DNA from: Vampirovibrionaceae bacterium NZW_1234
Lineage (GTDB): Bacteria; Cyanobacteriota; Vampirovibrionia; Vampirovibrionales; JAGQHJ01
NCBI GenBank assembly: GCA_041697335.1
Contig: JBGUGD010000016.1
Span: 64,001 to 128,000, forward strand
Reading direction: 5' to 3'
Length of the DNA: 64,000 nucleotides
Shown here: positions 19,986 through 29,621 of the stretch, piece by piece
Layout: each line of letters opens with the position of its first letter
How positions within the stretch are numbered: the stretch's first letter is position 1
The notes under the pieces: generated by a model
What the model was told of the DNA's origin: nothing
What the model saw: the letters and a program-made list of their open reading frames with translations, nothing else
The model's database searches: none
Program-made: the position numbers and the translations under genes

Positions 19986-21038
19986 ATGAGTCTGTTGACC
20001 CAAACCACCATGCACGCTGCCGTGATGACCCCGGACAAAAGTATTCGGGTCTGTGATTTGATTCGCCCTGAAATTCCTTCCGGCGGTGCCCTTGTTCGAG
20101 TCCTTGGTTGCGGCCTGTGTGGTTCTGACCTGGATAAATGGGCCCATCGTCAAACCGATACGGCTATTGTCCTGGGCCATGAAGTTGTAGGGGTCTTGGA
20201 TACCCTTTCTCCTGAAGCCCAAAAGCAATTCCCTCATCTTTTGCCAGGTCAGCGTGTTGCTATTGCTCACCATGTACCCTGTCAACAATGCCACTATTGC
20301 CTACATGGCAGCCCCTCTATGTGTCCTAGTTTCAAAGAAAGCAATATTTTGCCCGGCGGGTTTGCTCAATACATTGCCATTACAGACGAGCATTTGGCAC
20401 ATACCGTGTTTCCACTCCCGGATCATCTTTCTGACTCAGGAGGAAGCTGCATTGAACCTTTAGCTTGCTGCATTCGTGCCATTGACAGACTGCCCTCTGA
20501 AGCCGGTTCATCTTTAGCGATTATAGGACTTGGATTTATCGGCTTATTAACTGCCCAATATGCTAAACTACGTGGACTGAACACCTACGGGCTAGATCTA
20601 AAACCCGATCGGGTTTCTTTGGGCGTCTCTCATCAGATGATTCATCGAGCAAGCGACTCTCCTGATCTCTTTGTAGACACTTTACATCAGGCAACCCAAG
20701 GTCGCGGAGCCGATATGGTGTTTCTCTCCGTGGTAACTCCCGCAACCATCGAGCTGGCATTGAAGTCTGTTCGCAATGGGGGCACGATTATGCTGTTTGC
20801 TTCATCAGCGCAAAACACGCCATTAATAAACCAAAACACCCTTTATTTTCGAGAAATTACTGTAATGACAAGCTATTCCCCATCTCTCACTCAGTTACAA
20901 CTGGCTTCCGATTTAATTATCAGTCAACAAATTCAGGTTGAGCCCCTGATTAGTCATCAATTCCCCCTAGAACAGTTAGTTGATGCCTTTAAGCTATATC
21001 AAAAAGGAGAGGCTCTGAAAGCCTTTATCACGGTATGA
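19986..21038 (+). CDS. Zn-dependent medium-chain dehydrogenase (sorbitol/iditol DH-like) 1
   Basis: CGSD, GHE, CxxCxxC-x7-C, EPLAC and GLGFIG motifs. Confidence 0.88.
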   Translation: MSLLTQTTMHAAVMTPDKSIRVCDLIRPEIPSGGALVRVLGCGLCGSDLDKWAHRQTDTAIVLGHEVVGVLDTLSPEAQKQFPHLLPGQRVAIAHHVPCQQCHYCLHGSPSMCPSFKESNILPGGFAQYIAITDEHLAHTVFPLPDHLSDSGGSCIEPLACCIRAIDRLPSEAGSSLAIIGLGFIGLLTAQYAKLRGLNTYGLDLKPDRVSLGVSHQMIHRASDSPDLFVDTLHQATQGRGADMVFLSVVTPATIELALKSVRNGGTIMLFASSAQNTPLINQNTLYFREITVMTSYSPSLTQLQLASDLIISQQIQVEPLISHQFPLEQLVDAFKLYQKGEALKAFITV

Positions 21039-22108
21039 CCCTACTCGCCTCAAATGCCCTTACTCAGACCAAAACCATGAAAGCAGCCAGATTCTATGCC
21101 CCTGGGGATGTGCGTTATGAGGACACTCCTTGCCCTCTGGCAGGACCCGGCGAATTGGTTATTCAGATAAATACGGCGTTGACCTGCGGAACGGATCTGA
21201 AAACCTACCGACGGGGGCACCCGGTTCTCATTAAGACCTACCCATCACCTTTTGGTCATGAAGGCGCGGGCACGGTTGTGAGTGTTGGCGATAATGTCAC
21301 ACGGTTTCACATGGGCGATCGGGTTGTGGCAGCCAATTCAGCCCCGTGTATGGCATGCTTTTTCTGCCAAAAAGACCAGTATAACCTTTGTGAGCACTTG
21401 GACCTACTTAACGGAACCTATGCACAGTACCTGAAACTTCCAGCCCGTATTGTCGAACACAATACTCATCTGCTGCCCGATACCGTCAGTTTCGATGCTG
21501 CTGCATTCTGTGAGCCTTTGGCCGTCAGCGTTCGGGGTATTGAAGCGTGCAACATTCAGCCTGGCGACCGCGTCGCTGTTATCGGCTTAGGTGCCATCGG
21601 CTTAATGATGCTCAAGCTTGCCAAACTTAAAGGCGCAAGCACCGTTGCACTGGGAAGAAGCTCCCTCAAGCGGACCATGGCGCAAGACTTTGCCCAAGCG
21701 GATGGGGTTATCGATATGACGGAGCCCATTGATCTTCAGACGGTTCTTTCTCAGTACACACCCCACGGTTATGGATTTGATGTGGTCATTGAAGCGGTTG
21801 GTCAAACCCATACCTGGGAAATGGCTTTAAACCTAGTGCGACGTGGCGGCTTGGTCAATTTATTCGGAGGGTGCGAATCTGGTAGTACTATGGCTTTAGA
21901 TACCCGTCGTCTTCATTATGATGAAATTACCTTAGTCAGTCCATTTCACCATACTCCCCGGCATGTCAAAGAGGCGTTGGAGTGGATTAATTCAGGAATG
22001 ATCGATCCAACACCACTGATTACCCATGAGCGCTCTCTCTCCCAGGTTCCTGAAGCATTAAACCTTGTTGCCAGTGGGACGGCTCTAAAAGTCGCAATCC
22101 GACCCTGA
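21035..22108 (+). CDS. Zn-dependent medium-chain dehydrogenase (sorbitol/iditol DH-like) 2
   Basis: CGTD, GHE, CxxCxxC-x7-C, EPLA and GLGAIG motifs; 4-bp overlap with the previous gene. Confidence 0.88.
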   Translation: MTLLASNALTQTKTMKAARFYAPGDVRYEDTPCPLAGPGELVIQINTALTCGTDLKTYRRGHPVLIKTYPSPFGHEGAGTVVSVGDNVTRFHMGDRVVAANSAPCMACFFCQKDQYNLCEHLDLLNGTYAQYLKLPARIVEHNTHLLPDTVSFDAAAFCEPLAVSVRGIEACNIQPGDRVAVIGLGAIGLMMLKLAKLKGASTVALGRSSLKRTMAQDFAQADGVIDMTEPIDLQTVLSQYTPHGYGFDVVIEAVGQTHTWEMALNLVRRGGLVNLFGGCESGSTMALDTRRLHYDEITLVSPFHHTPRHVKEALEWINSGMIDPTPLITHERSLSQVPEALNLVASGTALKVAIRP

Positions 22109-22194
22109 GATTAAGCCCTATTTCTGTTGAGCGGTTGTCCCTATTCCTGCTTTTCAGTACGATGGAGATATTGCCGTTCACAAGAGTTCGTTTT

Positions 22195-22899
22195 ATGACC
22201 CGACGTCTGCTTTTACATGTCTTGACCGTCCTTGCTCTTACTAGCGCTATACCTGCATTTGGTGAGGCCTGCGGCGAACTACCCTCCAAATTTTCCCGTC
22301 CTACTTGTTCGCAAGACACCTTACAATACAGCCTTTGCTTAAACCCAAATCTTCAAGAAGCCTTTAAAACAGTCGAGAGTCCGGCCTATAAATTAACCTT
22401 CAATCAAGTCGTTCGTCAGGCTCAAGCCTACCTGGAAGATATTGCTCCAGCCCCCAATAAAGTGGTCATTACTGATTTAGACGAAACATTGGTCAGTAAC
22501 TTGGGGTATTACAAACGCTATCAGCGATTTGCTCCTGAGCATTGGCAAAGCTGGCTCCGTGTTCAAACTCCGGCCACCTATTTTCCTGCGGTACGTCAAC
22601 TGCTATTGAGCGCCAAGGCTCGCGGTTTTAAAGTGATGTTTATTACAGGTCGCTCGGCAGAACACGCCACTGCGACATTGCACCAAATACCAGACATCCC
22701 CTGGGATGGGGTATTTTTCAAACCTGGTAACACCGGTGTGTCATCGAATCAATATAAAATCCAAGCTCGCCAAATGCTACGGAACCTCGGCTATGAGATA
22801 GTGCTCAATATTGGTGATCAGCCTAGCGACTTTGACCAACCCATTGACCCTGAGGCCGGCGAGTTTCTCCTGCCCAACGTCATTTATAGCATTCCTTAA
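22195..22899 (+). CDS. Exported HAD acid phosphatase (class B/C-like)
   Basis: Signal peptide; DLDETL, FITGR and IGDQPSDF motifs; C-terminal LPN-x-x-Y. Confidence 0.85.
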   Translation: MTRRLLLHVLTVLALTSAIPAFGEACGELPSKFSRPTCSQDTLQYSLCLNPNLQEAFKTVESPAYKLTFNQVVRQAQAYLEDIAPAPNKVVITDLDETLVSNLGYYKRYQRFAPEHWQSWLRVQTPATYFPAVRQLLLSAKARGFKVMFITGRSAEHATATLHQIPDIPWDGVFFKPGNTGVSSNQYKIQARQMLRNLGYEIVLNIGDQPSDFDQPIDPEAGEFLLPNVIYSIP

Positions 22900-22929
22900 G
22901 AAAACTACCTTGACTGTCCTTGGCATCGA

Positions 22930-24306
22930 TTAAATCATTCTGTTCAAGAACAGACTAACCACATATAGAAACACTGAAAAAGTTAATATATCCAGTAGGG
23001 TGGTGATTAAGGGACCACCCACACCCGCAGGATCTTTTTTCGTCAAGGCATTATAGGTATAAGGCAACGCAATTCCCAAAATAGCCGAAAGACAGACGGC
23101 AAAGATAACGGCACAAAAGAGCAGTATACTTAACTCCCAGTGCCGATGTTGAACAAAAGATAACACAGCAACACCAACGGCAAAGCTAAAGCCGGTGATT
23201 AGCCCGACACCAAGTTCCCGCACAAACTTTTCTTTAAAATTCTCTGGGGTAATCAGGTTTAAGGCCAAACCACGAACCGCAATCGTCTCACTTTGGGTTC
23301 CCATATTTCCTGAGAGGCCCGAAAGCAAAGGCATAAAAGAAATTGTTTTAACCGCCGTAGCCACTGTATGACTATGTGAGGCAATGACGGCAGCCGCCAA
23401 GAACTGTCCCACGAGTGTTACCATTAACCAGGGCATTCGTGCCTTAACGGCATTAATCATAGGACCCGTCAGCAGATTCTTCTCATCAATCTGCTCCAGA
23501 CTAATCCCGGAGGCCAGGTAAATATCCTCCGAAGACTCCTCATCAATAATATCGATAATGTCATCCAAGGTAATAATGCCCTGAATGACATGACGATCAT
23601 CGACAACTGGAATCGCCAGGAGGTTATAGTACTTTCGAAATTGTTTGACAACGAGCTCTTGATCTTCAGTCAGCAATACGTATTTAGGCTCAAACTGGGC
23701 AATTTTTTGTAAGGGTGTTTCCGGCGGATGGAGAATGAGTTGCTTTAAGCTCACCACACCCACGAGCTGCTCTTGAACATCCGCGAGATAAATATAATAG
23801 ATAAAGTCCTTTTCTTCAGCTTGTTTCAGCATCTCTTGTGCATCGCCCACAGTAGCATCCACAGGCACTTGCAAAAAGTCTGCCGACATAATTCCAGCAG
23901 CCGTATCCTCTTCCTCCATCATCAGATGATGGATGGTCCGAGTCTCTTCGTCAAAAGGCATTTCCTTCAAAATTTTCTGGCTTTGCTGGGTGTCAAGTTC
24001 TTGAAGCAGATCCACGGCATCATCAGAGGGCATAAAACGCAGAATCTGGCTACTCATCATCGTGGGTAGGCTCGATAAACAAGCAATCTGGCGCTCCTGA
24101 TCCAAACTCGTCAATACTTGGGCAGCTTGGCCGATGTTTAAGTACTGGAAACAGGTCACCAAATCCTCAGGAGGCAAAGATTCCAACACTTCAGCAATGT
24201 CGGCAAAGTTGTGACGGGTTAACAAACGTCGTAAAGCAGACCCATTACGAGTCGTAAGATAGCGCTTAATTTTTTCGTCCAGTTGAGCGACCGACGTGGA
24301 AGGCAT
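22930..24306 (-). CDS. mgtE: Magnesium transporter MgtE
   Basis: DDAVDLL, TAAGIM, CBS pair, RMPWL, GNMGTQ and P-x-ITT-x-x-D motifs. Confidence 0.93.
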   Translation of the reverse strand: MPSTSVAQLDEKIKRYLTTRNGSALRRLLTRHNFADIAEVLESLPPEDLVTCFQYLNIGQAAQVLTSLDQERQIACLSSLPTMMSSQILRFMPSDDAVDLLQELDTQQSQKILKEMPFDEETRTIHHLMMEEEDTAAGIMSADFLQVPVDATVGDAQEMLKQAEEKDFIYYIYLADVQEQLVGVVSLKQLILHPPETPLQKIAQFEPKYVLLTEDQELVVKQFRKYYNLLAIPVVDDRHVIQGIITLDDIIDIIDEESSEDIYLASGISLEQIDEKNLLTGPMINAVKARMPWLMVTLVGQFLAAAVIASHSHTVATAVKTISFMPLLSGLSGNMGTQSETIAVRGLALNLITPENFKEKFVRELGVGLITGFSFAVGVAVLSFVQHRHWELSILLFCAVIFAVCLSAILGIALPYTYNALTKKDPAGVGGPLITTLLDILTFSVFLYVVSLFLNRMI

Positions 24307-24492
24307 AAGCGTCAATCCTTGTACTGTCTGACCGCACAAATCTTGAAAACAACAGGGGCTGAAAAAACCCAATGATCAAAAAGCGACCTTCGGTTTCATT
24401 GTGCGGAGCAAACGCAGATTATAGGAGCACAGTGTGATATCTACCATAACATCATTACACACAGCGTGCTATCCCAGATGGTTTTGTAGCTC

Positions 24493-24527
24493 AAAAAGAA
24501 CAGGCGCCACCAGAGTGACGCCTGTTC
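24493..24527 (-). terminator. Intrinsic terminator of the oxidoreductase operon
   Basis: GAACAGGCGTCAC-TCTG-GTGGCGCCTGTTC followed by TTTTT on the minus strand. Confidence 0.8.
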
Positions 24528-24546
24528 AACATGGTTGTTAAGAGCC

Positions 24547-25530
24547 TTAGTAAGCCGTCGTCGACACTTCAGCATACGCCGCAGTAAGGTCGGTAGTTGG
24601 AACATGGGTTACCGGATCCTCAATGGGCATTTTGGCGCTGACATATTGCTGCAGCAACGGAATGTTGGGTTTAACCCGCTCGATGAAATCAGGCAACTCC
24701 ACTTGGTAGAAGACCCCTAAAGCCACCTGAGGTTCATTGCCTTGAACTTTCTGTATGGCTTGGAGCTTCTTGGCCTGGATTTCTTGAGGGTCACTGGGGT
24801 TATGCACTTTGCCATCATAACCTTGAGCATCCAAGTGATAGGTTCGAGGATACTTGGCTCCGTTAATTTCAACTTCCTCGGCAAACCAATCCTTGGTATG
24901 GAGGTTATTGTAGGTCGGACATGGCTGCAGAACATCTACCAGCGCCATGCCTTTGTGCTCGATGGCTTGCTTAATGGTTGCTTTCAGATGCTTCGCATCG
25001 AACGCGTAGCTGCGTGCCACAAAGGTATAACCGGCAGAGATGGCAATTGCCAACGGATTAATGCCATCGTTCGGGTTTGGCAACGGCAAAGACTTCGGCT
25101 GCGCACCCAACTTCAAAGTGGGAGACGCTTGGCCTTTGGTCAAACCGTAAACTTCGTTGTTGTAAACGATGTACGCCAAATCAACATTCCGACGACCGGC
25201 ATTCAGAAAGTGGCCTGCGCCAATCCCGTAGCCGTCTCCGTCACCGCCTGCTACAACTACCTTTAAATTGGGGTTAGCCAACTTGGAGCCCGTAGCAAAG
25301 GGCAATGAACGACCGTGCAAAGTATGCACACCATAAGTTTTGATGTAGTGAGGTGTTTTACTGGAGCAACCCACACCAGAGTACATCATGACATCAGATG
25401 GCTTCAGCTGTAATTCAGCCATGGCCTGCTGAATGGCGTTGACAATCCCGAAGTCGCCGCAACCGGGGCACCAATCGGGATGCACATCTGACTTGTAATC
25501 TTTGGCTTTGTATTCAACAGTCGATGACAT
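24547..25530 (-). CDS. 2-oxoacid:ferredoxin oxidoreductase beta subunit
   Basis: WCPGCGD, GVGCS, LHGR, GDGD and NNEVYGLTKGQASPT (TPP-binding) motifs. Confidence 0.95.
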   Translation of the reverse strand: MSSTVEYKAKDYKSDVHPDWCPGCGDFGIVNAIQQAMAELQLKPSDVMMYSGVGCSSKTPHYIKTYGVHTLHGRSLPFATGSKLANPNLKVVVAGGDGDGYGIGAGHFLNAGRRNVDLAYIVYNNEVYGLTKGQASPTLKLGAQPKSLPLPNPNDGINPLAIAISAGYTFVARSYAFDAKHLKATIKQAIEHKGMALVDVLQPCPTYNNLHTKDWFAEEVEINGAKYPRTYHLDAQGYDGKVHNPSDPQEIQAKKLQAIQKVQGNEPQVALGVFYQVELPDFIERVKPNIPLLQQYVSAKMPIEDPVTHVPTTDLTAAYAEVSTTAY

Positions 25531-25531
25531 A

Positions 25532-27364
25532 TTAGTGACCATAGGTTAACACCACTTTCTCTGTCTGCTTCTTAGCAATATCTCGTAACGCATTGACCAC
25601 TTCGGTCTCGGACATTGGACGTCCGGTATACTTGACCACCATGTGATCCATTTTAATACCGGTTTCCATGCGAACCAAGCGAGCCAATTGACCGGTGAAG
25701 TTCTGCTCCACACCGACCTTGACTTTAGCCCGACTTAGGATCTGACTGACCGCTTCGGTGGGGAAGGGGCTCATCAGACGGATTTGAAGCATGTTTACCG
25801 AGATACCATCGCTTTGGAGAATCGGCAGTGCATCCAACACAGGCCCTTTGGTGGAACCCCAGACCACAATGGTCATATCGGCATTCTCTGGTCCGTAGAG
25901 TTTGTACTGCAGATCTTGAGGAATTTCCTTCGCTGCCAGCAAGAGCTTTTTCATCCGCTTACTGTGCATAGGAACCCGAATTTCAGGATCTTCGGCAATA
26001 TGCCCCCAGACATCGTGTTCGTCACCCGTGTTCCAGAAAATCCCATGCTCTTGCCCTGGCAAGGAGCGTTCTGAGACACCATCTTCCGAGTAAGCGAAGC
26101 GAGCAAATTGGCCTTTGTAATCCGGCTGTTGAGCCAACTCAGCCAACTTCTCATCGGTGACCAAACGACCACGATTGATGCGCAACCCACTCTCATCAAT
26201 GGTCGGCACCGTATTGGTGTTGTTAGCCAAGGACTTATCGCAGAGCACGATAACCGGAGTTTGGTATTGATCAGCCCAGTTGAAAGCATGGAACGAGTCG
26301 TAGAAGCACTCGCTCATATCCCCGGGAGCAATCACAATTTTCGGGAATTCACCATGGCCGATGAACAAGCTGTAAAGCAGGTCACCTTGTTCGTGACGGG
26401 TCGGTAATCCCGTTGATGGGCCGCCACGCTGGTAGTTATAGACAACGACAGGAACTTCATTAATACCAGCCCAGCCAAGGCCTTCAGCTTTGAGGCCGAA
26501 ACCAGGACCAGAAGAAGAGGTTGCAGCACGCACACCGGTTAAGGCAGCGCCCACAGCCATACAACACGCGGCAATTTCATCTTCGCACTGGACCACATTG
26601 ATACCATATTCCGGATGACCTTCCAGATAAACACTTTCGTCACTGGCTGGTGTAATGGGGTAGTAGGACTGGAAGCGGCAACCCGCTTTCAACTTACCTA
26701 AAGCCGCCGCAGTGGTTCCGTTCAATATCAGACGGGCTGGAGCATCAGGCACAGCACTAATACGGTAGGGGAAAGCGTCGATAAGTTCTTGAGCAATAAC
26801 GGCGTAGGCTTTCTCTGCCACTTTCATATTCAAGGGCACCAACTTGGCCTTGCTGCCTGTAAAAATGCCTTTTAAAGCTTTCTCAATGTATTGGATATCA
26901 AACTTACACATCGCCAACGAAGCCGCCACAGCGATGGTATTTTTCATAATCTGCAGCTTGGCAACAGGCTGACCTGTTTCAGCAGCCACTTCTTCGAGGA
27001 TCTGCGAGTAAGGTAAAGCGAGGGTTTTAACACCAGGAGCCAAGTCCAGATTTTCCAGCTTGGTGACATTGGCATCATAAAAGAAATAACCACCTTCAAC
27101 CACTTCATGGGCGTGAATTCGAGCGGTTTCATCATCGAAAGTGGCCAGCAGGTGAATGGGGTCAACGTGGGAGTGCACCGGCGATTCACTCACGCGAACT
27201 TGAAAATAACTGTGCTCACCCATAATGTTGGAGTGGTATTCCCGTTTTCCGTAGACGTTTAGACCGGCAACGGCACAAGCACGGATAAAGAGCGTGGCGG
27301 AAGAGTCCACCCCGGTTCCTTGTGGGCCACCAATCATCCACGAAAACTGGTTGGTGATTTCCAT
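25532..27364 (-). CDS. 2-oxoacid:ferredoxin oxidoreductase alpha subunit (gamma-alpha fusion)
   Basis: GGPQGTG, YPITPAS, EDEIAA, SSGPG and QRGGPSTGLPT motifs. Confidence 0.95.
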   Translation of the reverse strand: MEITNQFSWMIGGPQGTGVDSSATLFIRACAVAGLNVYGKREYHSNIMGEHSYFQVRVSESPVHSHVDPIHLLATFDDETARIHAHEVVEGGYFFYDANVTKLENLDLAPGVKTLALPYSQILEEVAAETGQPVAKLQIMKNTIAVAASLAMCKFDIQYIEKALKGIFTGSKAKLVPLNMKVAEKAYAVIAQELIDAFPYRISAVPDAPARLILNGTTAAALGKLKAGCRFQSYYPITPASDESVYLEGHPEYGINVVQCEDEIAACCMAVGAALTGVRAATSSSGPGFGLKAEGLGWAGINEVPVVVYNYQRGGPSTGLPTRHEQGDLLYSLFIGHGEFPKIVIAPGDMSECFYDSFHAFNWADQYQTPVIVLCDKSLANNTNTVPTIDESGLRINRGRLVTDEKLAELAQQPDYKGQFARFAYSEDGVSERSLPGQEHGIFWNTGDEHDVWGHIAEDPEIRVPMHSKRMKKLLLAAKEIPQDLQYKLYGPENADMTIVVWGSTKGPVLDALPILQSDGISVNMLQIRLMSPFPTEAVSQILSRAKVKVGVEQNFTGQLARLVRMETGIKMDHMVVKYTGRPMSETEVVNALRDIAKKQTEKVVLTYGH

Positions 27365-27473
27365 AGATAACCTACCTTCTTTTAAACATTGCTATCTGAC
27401 TGAACGGTTATAAGTCGTTAGTATTTCGTAAACATGGGAAAAAGTGAAGGTTGCCGTTAATACGGCGCCTTAA

Positions 27474-27503
27474 ATAGTAGGACGAAAGGCCTCTAGGGGT
27501 CAA
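27474..27503 (-). promoter_or_regulatory. Putative sigma70 promoter for the oxidoreductase operon
   Basis: Minus strand TTGACC-18 bp-TACTAT, followed by a hairpin at 27447-27471. Confidence 0.55.
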
Positions 27504-27904
27504 GGCTTTGCCTCTTTGCCGTTCTAATACGCAATAGCCAAGAGACATCCATATCGTATAAGCAACCATAGCTGTTTTTCTTCTGGCACGACCATTTAAA
27601 CTTCAAGAGATTCTACACCATGGTGTCTTTTATGACTGTGATTTGACAGAAATCTTCTTCATTCAACGGTGTCAAAACTCTGTTCTATCACGTTGCAACA
27701 CGTGCTATTCAAAAAACTTGAGGCAAGTCGGACATAGGGATCCTCAACTCCCACGTGATCACAAGACATTCTGTTTACAAAACGTAACAACCTATCACAA
27801 GACAACTCATTGATTGTTTTTATACACTTGAGAGTTAGTCTCTATTCCCATGCCTGCCAGAAAAAGATAAGTGAGAGCCAGATTTTAGGAAGGAGAGTTC
27901 ATTG

Positions 27905-28168
27905 ATGAGTGGTGTAAGTCTGAACAATTTAAATTATGCCCCGGCATTGCTTAACGACCACAACACCGAAGCGCGTGTGGCAGAAGATGCCATCAAAATT
28001 TCTATGTGGGGCCAAATTACCAACGACACGCCAGAGTCGGCCAAGTTATCCAACGGCAAAAATCCTTTTGAACTCAGCAAACAAAAAGATATGGAAGCCG
28101 CACGTCGGATACTCAATGCCGTGACTAACGACGATGCCTGGAAGAGAGAGCTGGATGTTAACAGCTAA
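27905..28168 (+). CDS. Small hypothetical protein (87 aa)
   Basis: Strong RBS AGGAAGGAG, ATG start and its own upstream regulatory region; converges on the nucleotidyltransferase gene. Confidence 0.65.
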   Translation: MSGVSLNNLNYAPALLNDHNTEARVAEDAIKISMWGQITNDTPESAKLSNGKNPFELSKQKDMEAARRILNAVTNDDAWKRELDVNS

Positions 28169-29621
28169 CTGAGAAACAAGCTAATTCTTGTTTCTCAAGC
28201 CACTTCAACGCCTCATCTCGCGTGCTGATTTTCCCTTCCAGATACGCTTCTTGAGCAGCCGCTTGAACTCGGCCAATGATGGGGCCTGGCGAGATATGAA
28301 ACCGTTCCATAATGTCTTGCCCGGTAAGCAATCGAGGCATCACCCCATGCACTTCAGCATCTGACTCATAGAGATCCCAGAGTGCCAAAATACCCTTTTT
28401 GAAGTTTATAAGATCATCTTGGGTAACACCCTCGCCTTGAGCGCTGTAGCGATCGGCAATTGCCAGCAGCATCATTTCAGGCAATAAAGGCCCAATGCGC
28501 CTAAAAAATCGTCGTTTTGCCTTGGTGGTTGTTGTCTCTTTCACCTGATCTCCTGGATACAGATGCCAGCGAACCAAATGAGCAACAGCCCGAGTTAAAT
28601 CATTTCCCCATCGAAAACGATATGCAATTCCCCATGTCAGAGCCTCAGAGACTTGCTCATGCCCGTAAAAACGGTACCGATCCGTGTCCGGATCATACGC
28701 CATCGTAGCCGACTTGCCTGCATCATGGAATAAACAGGCCAGACGTACCAGAGCAATTCGTTTGATGAACGGGTTAAATGCAGCGTGCAGATCCGTCTGA
28801 ATCTGCGTGGGCAAATCTGGGAAGTGGACTTCAGCTTGATGAAGGAGTTCCAATGTATGATCAAACAACCCTAAGTGATGGTAATAATTCGATGGAATCG
28901 GATGCATTGCCGATAGTTCGGGAAACAGATATTCTAACATTCCAGTTTTTGCCATCAGCTGAACTGGAGTACTGCATTTGGGTGCCGATAAGAGCCGCAT
29001 CAATTCATAATGAACACGCTCAGGCGCGATTTTGACCACACGATGCGCCTCCAAAGAAACAATTCCCAAGGTCCTCGGATCCAACTTGGTGAAACCCAGT
29101 TCGGCAGACATGCGGAACACCCGCAATAGACGGAGGGGATCGTCAACCATATTCTCGGGGCGAACCATCCGAATAATGCCGTGCGCTAAGTCTCGAATAC
29201 CGTCATATGGATCAAAAACCCGCTGACCTTTAACATCAACCGCAACAGCGTTGACGGTTAAATCACGGCGACCTAAATCGACCTCAATTGATTCTCCCAT
29301 ACACCCGGCAATATCCATCATATCCGGCTGCCCTGGAAACACTATCCGATAAATCTGATAGTGTTCATCCAAAGGAATATATTTACCCCCAGCTCTTTGG
29401 GCAACAGCTTGTGCCAACGTCTTGGCCTGGGCTTGAGGAACGACCACATCCAGATCAGAGCTTAAGACCTGTCGAAGCAACATATCCCGAACTGCACCAC
29501 CAACTAAAAATAGCGGAATATCTTCCTCTGAGCAAACCTGATTCAAAATCCGCCAATGGGAAACTTGCTCAAGAGCTTCATTGAGCAAATTAAAACTCTG
29601 GCTGGTGTTGAGAAAAGACAT
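28158..29621 (-). CDS. tRNA nucleotidyltransferase (CCA/poly(A)-polymerase family) with HD domain, probably CC-adding type
   Basis: VGGAVRD...DLD, RRDLTVNA, DDPLRLLR, ERVHYEL and LFHDAGK motifs. Confidence 0.9.
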   Translation of the reverse strand: MSFLNTSQSFNLLNEALEQVSHWRILNQVCSEEDIPLFLVGGAVRDMLLRQVLSSDLDVVVPQAQAKTLAQAVAQRAGGKYIPLDEHYQIYRIVFPGQPDMMDIAGCMGESIEVDLGRRDLTVNAVAVDVKGQRVFDPYDGIRDLAHGIIRMVRPENMVDDPLRLLRVFRMSAELGFTKLDPRTLGIVSLEAHRVVKIAPERVHYELMRLLSAPKCSTPVQLMAKTGMLEYLFPELSAMHPIPSNYYHHLGLFDHTLELLHQAEVHFPDLPTQIQTDLHAAFNPFIKRIALVRLACLFHDAGKSATMAYDPDTDRYRFYGHEQVSEALTWGIAYRFRWGNDLTRAVAHLVRWHLYPGDQVKETTTTKAKRRFFRRIGPLLPEMMLLAIADRYSAQGEGVTQDDLINFKKGILALWDLYESDAEVHGVMPRLLTGQDIMERFHISPGPIIGRVQAAAQEAYLEGKISTRDEALKWLEKQELACFSVSC

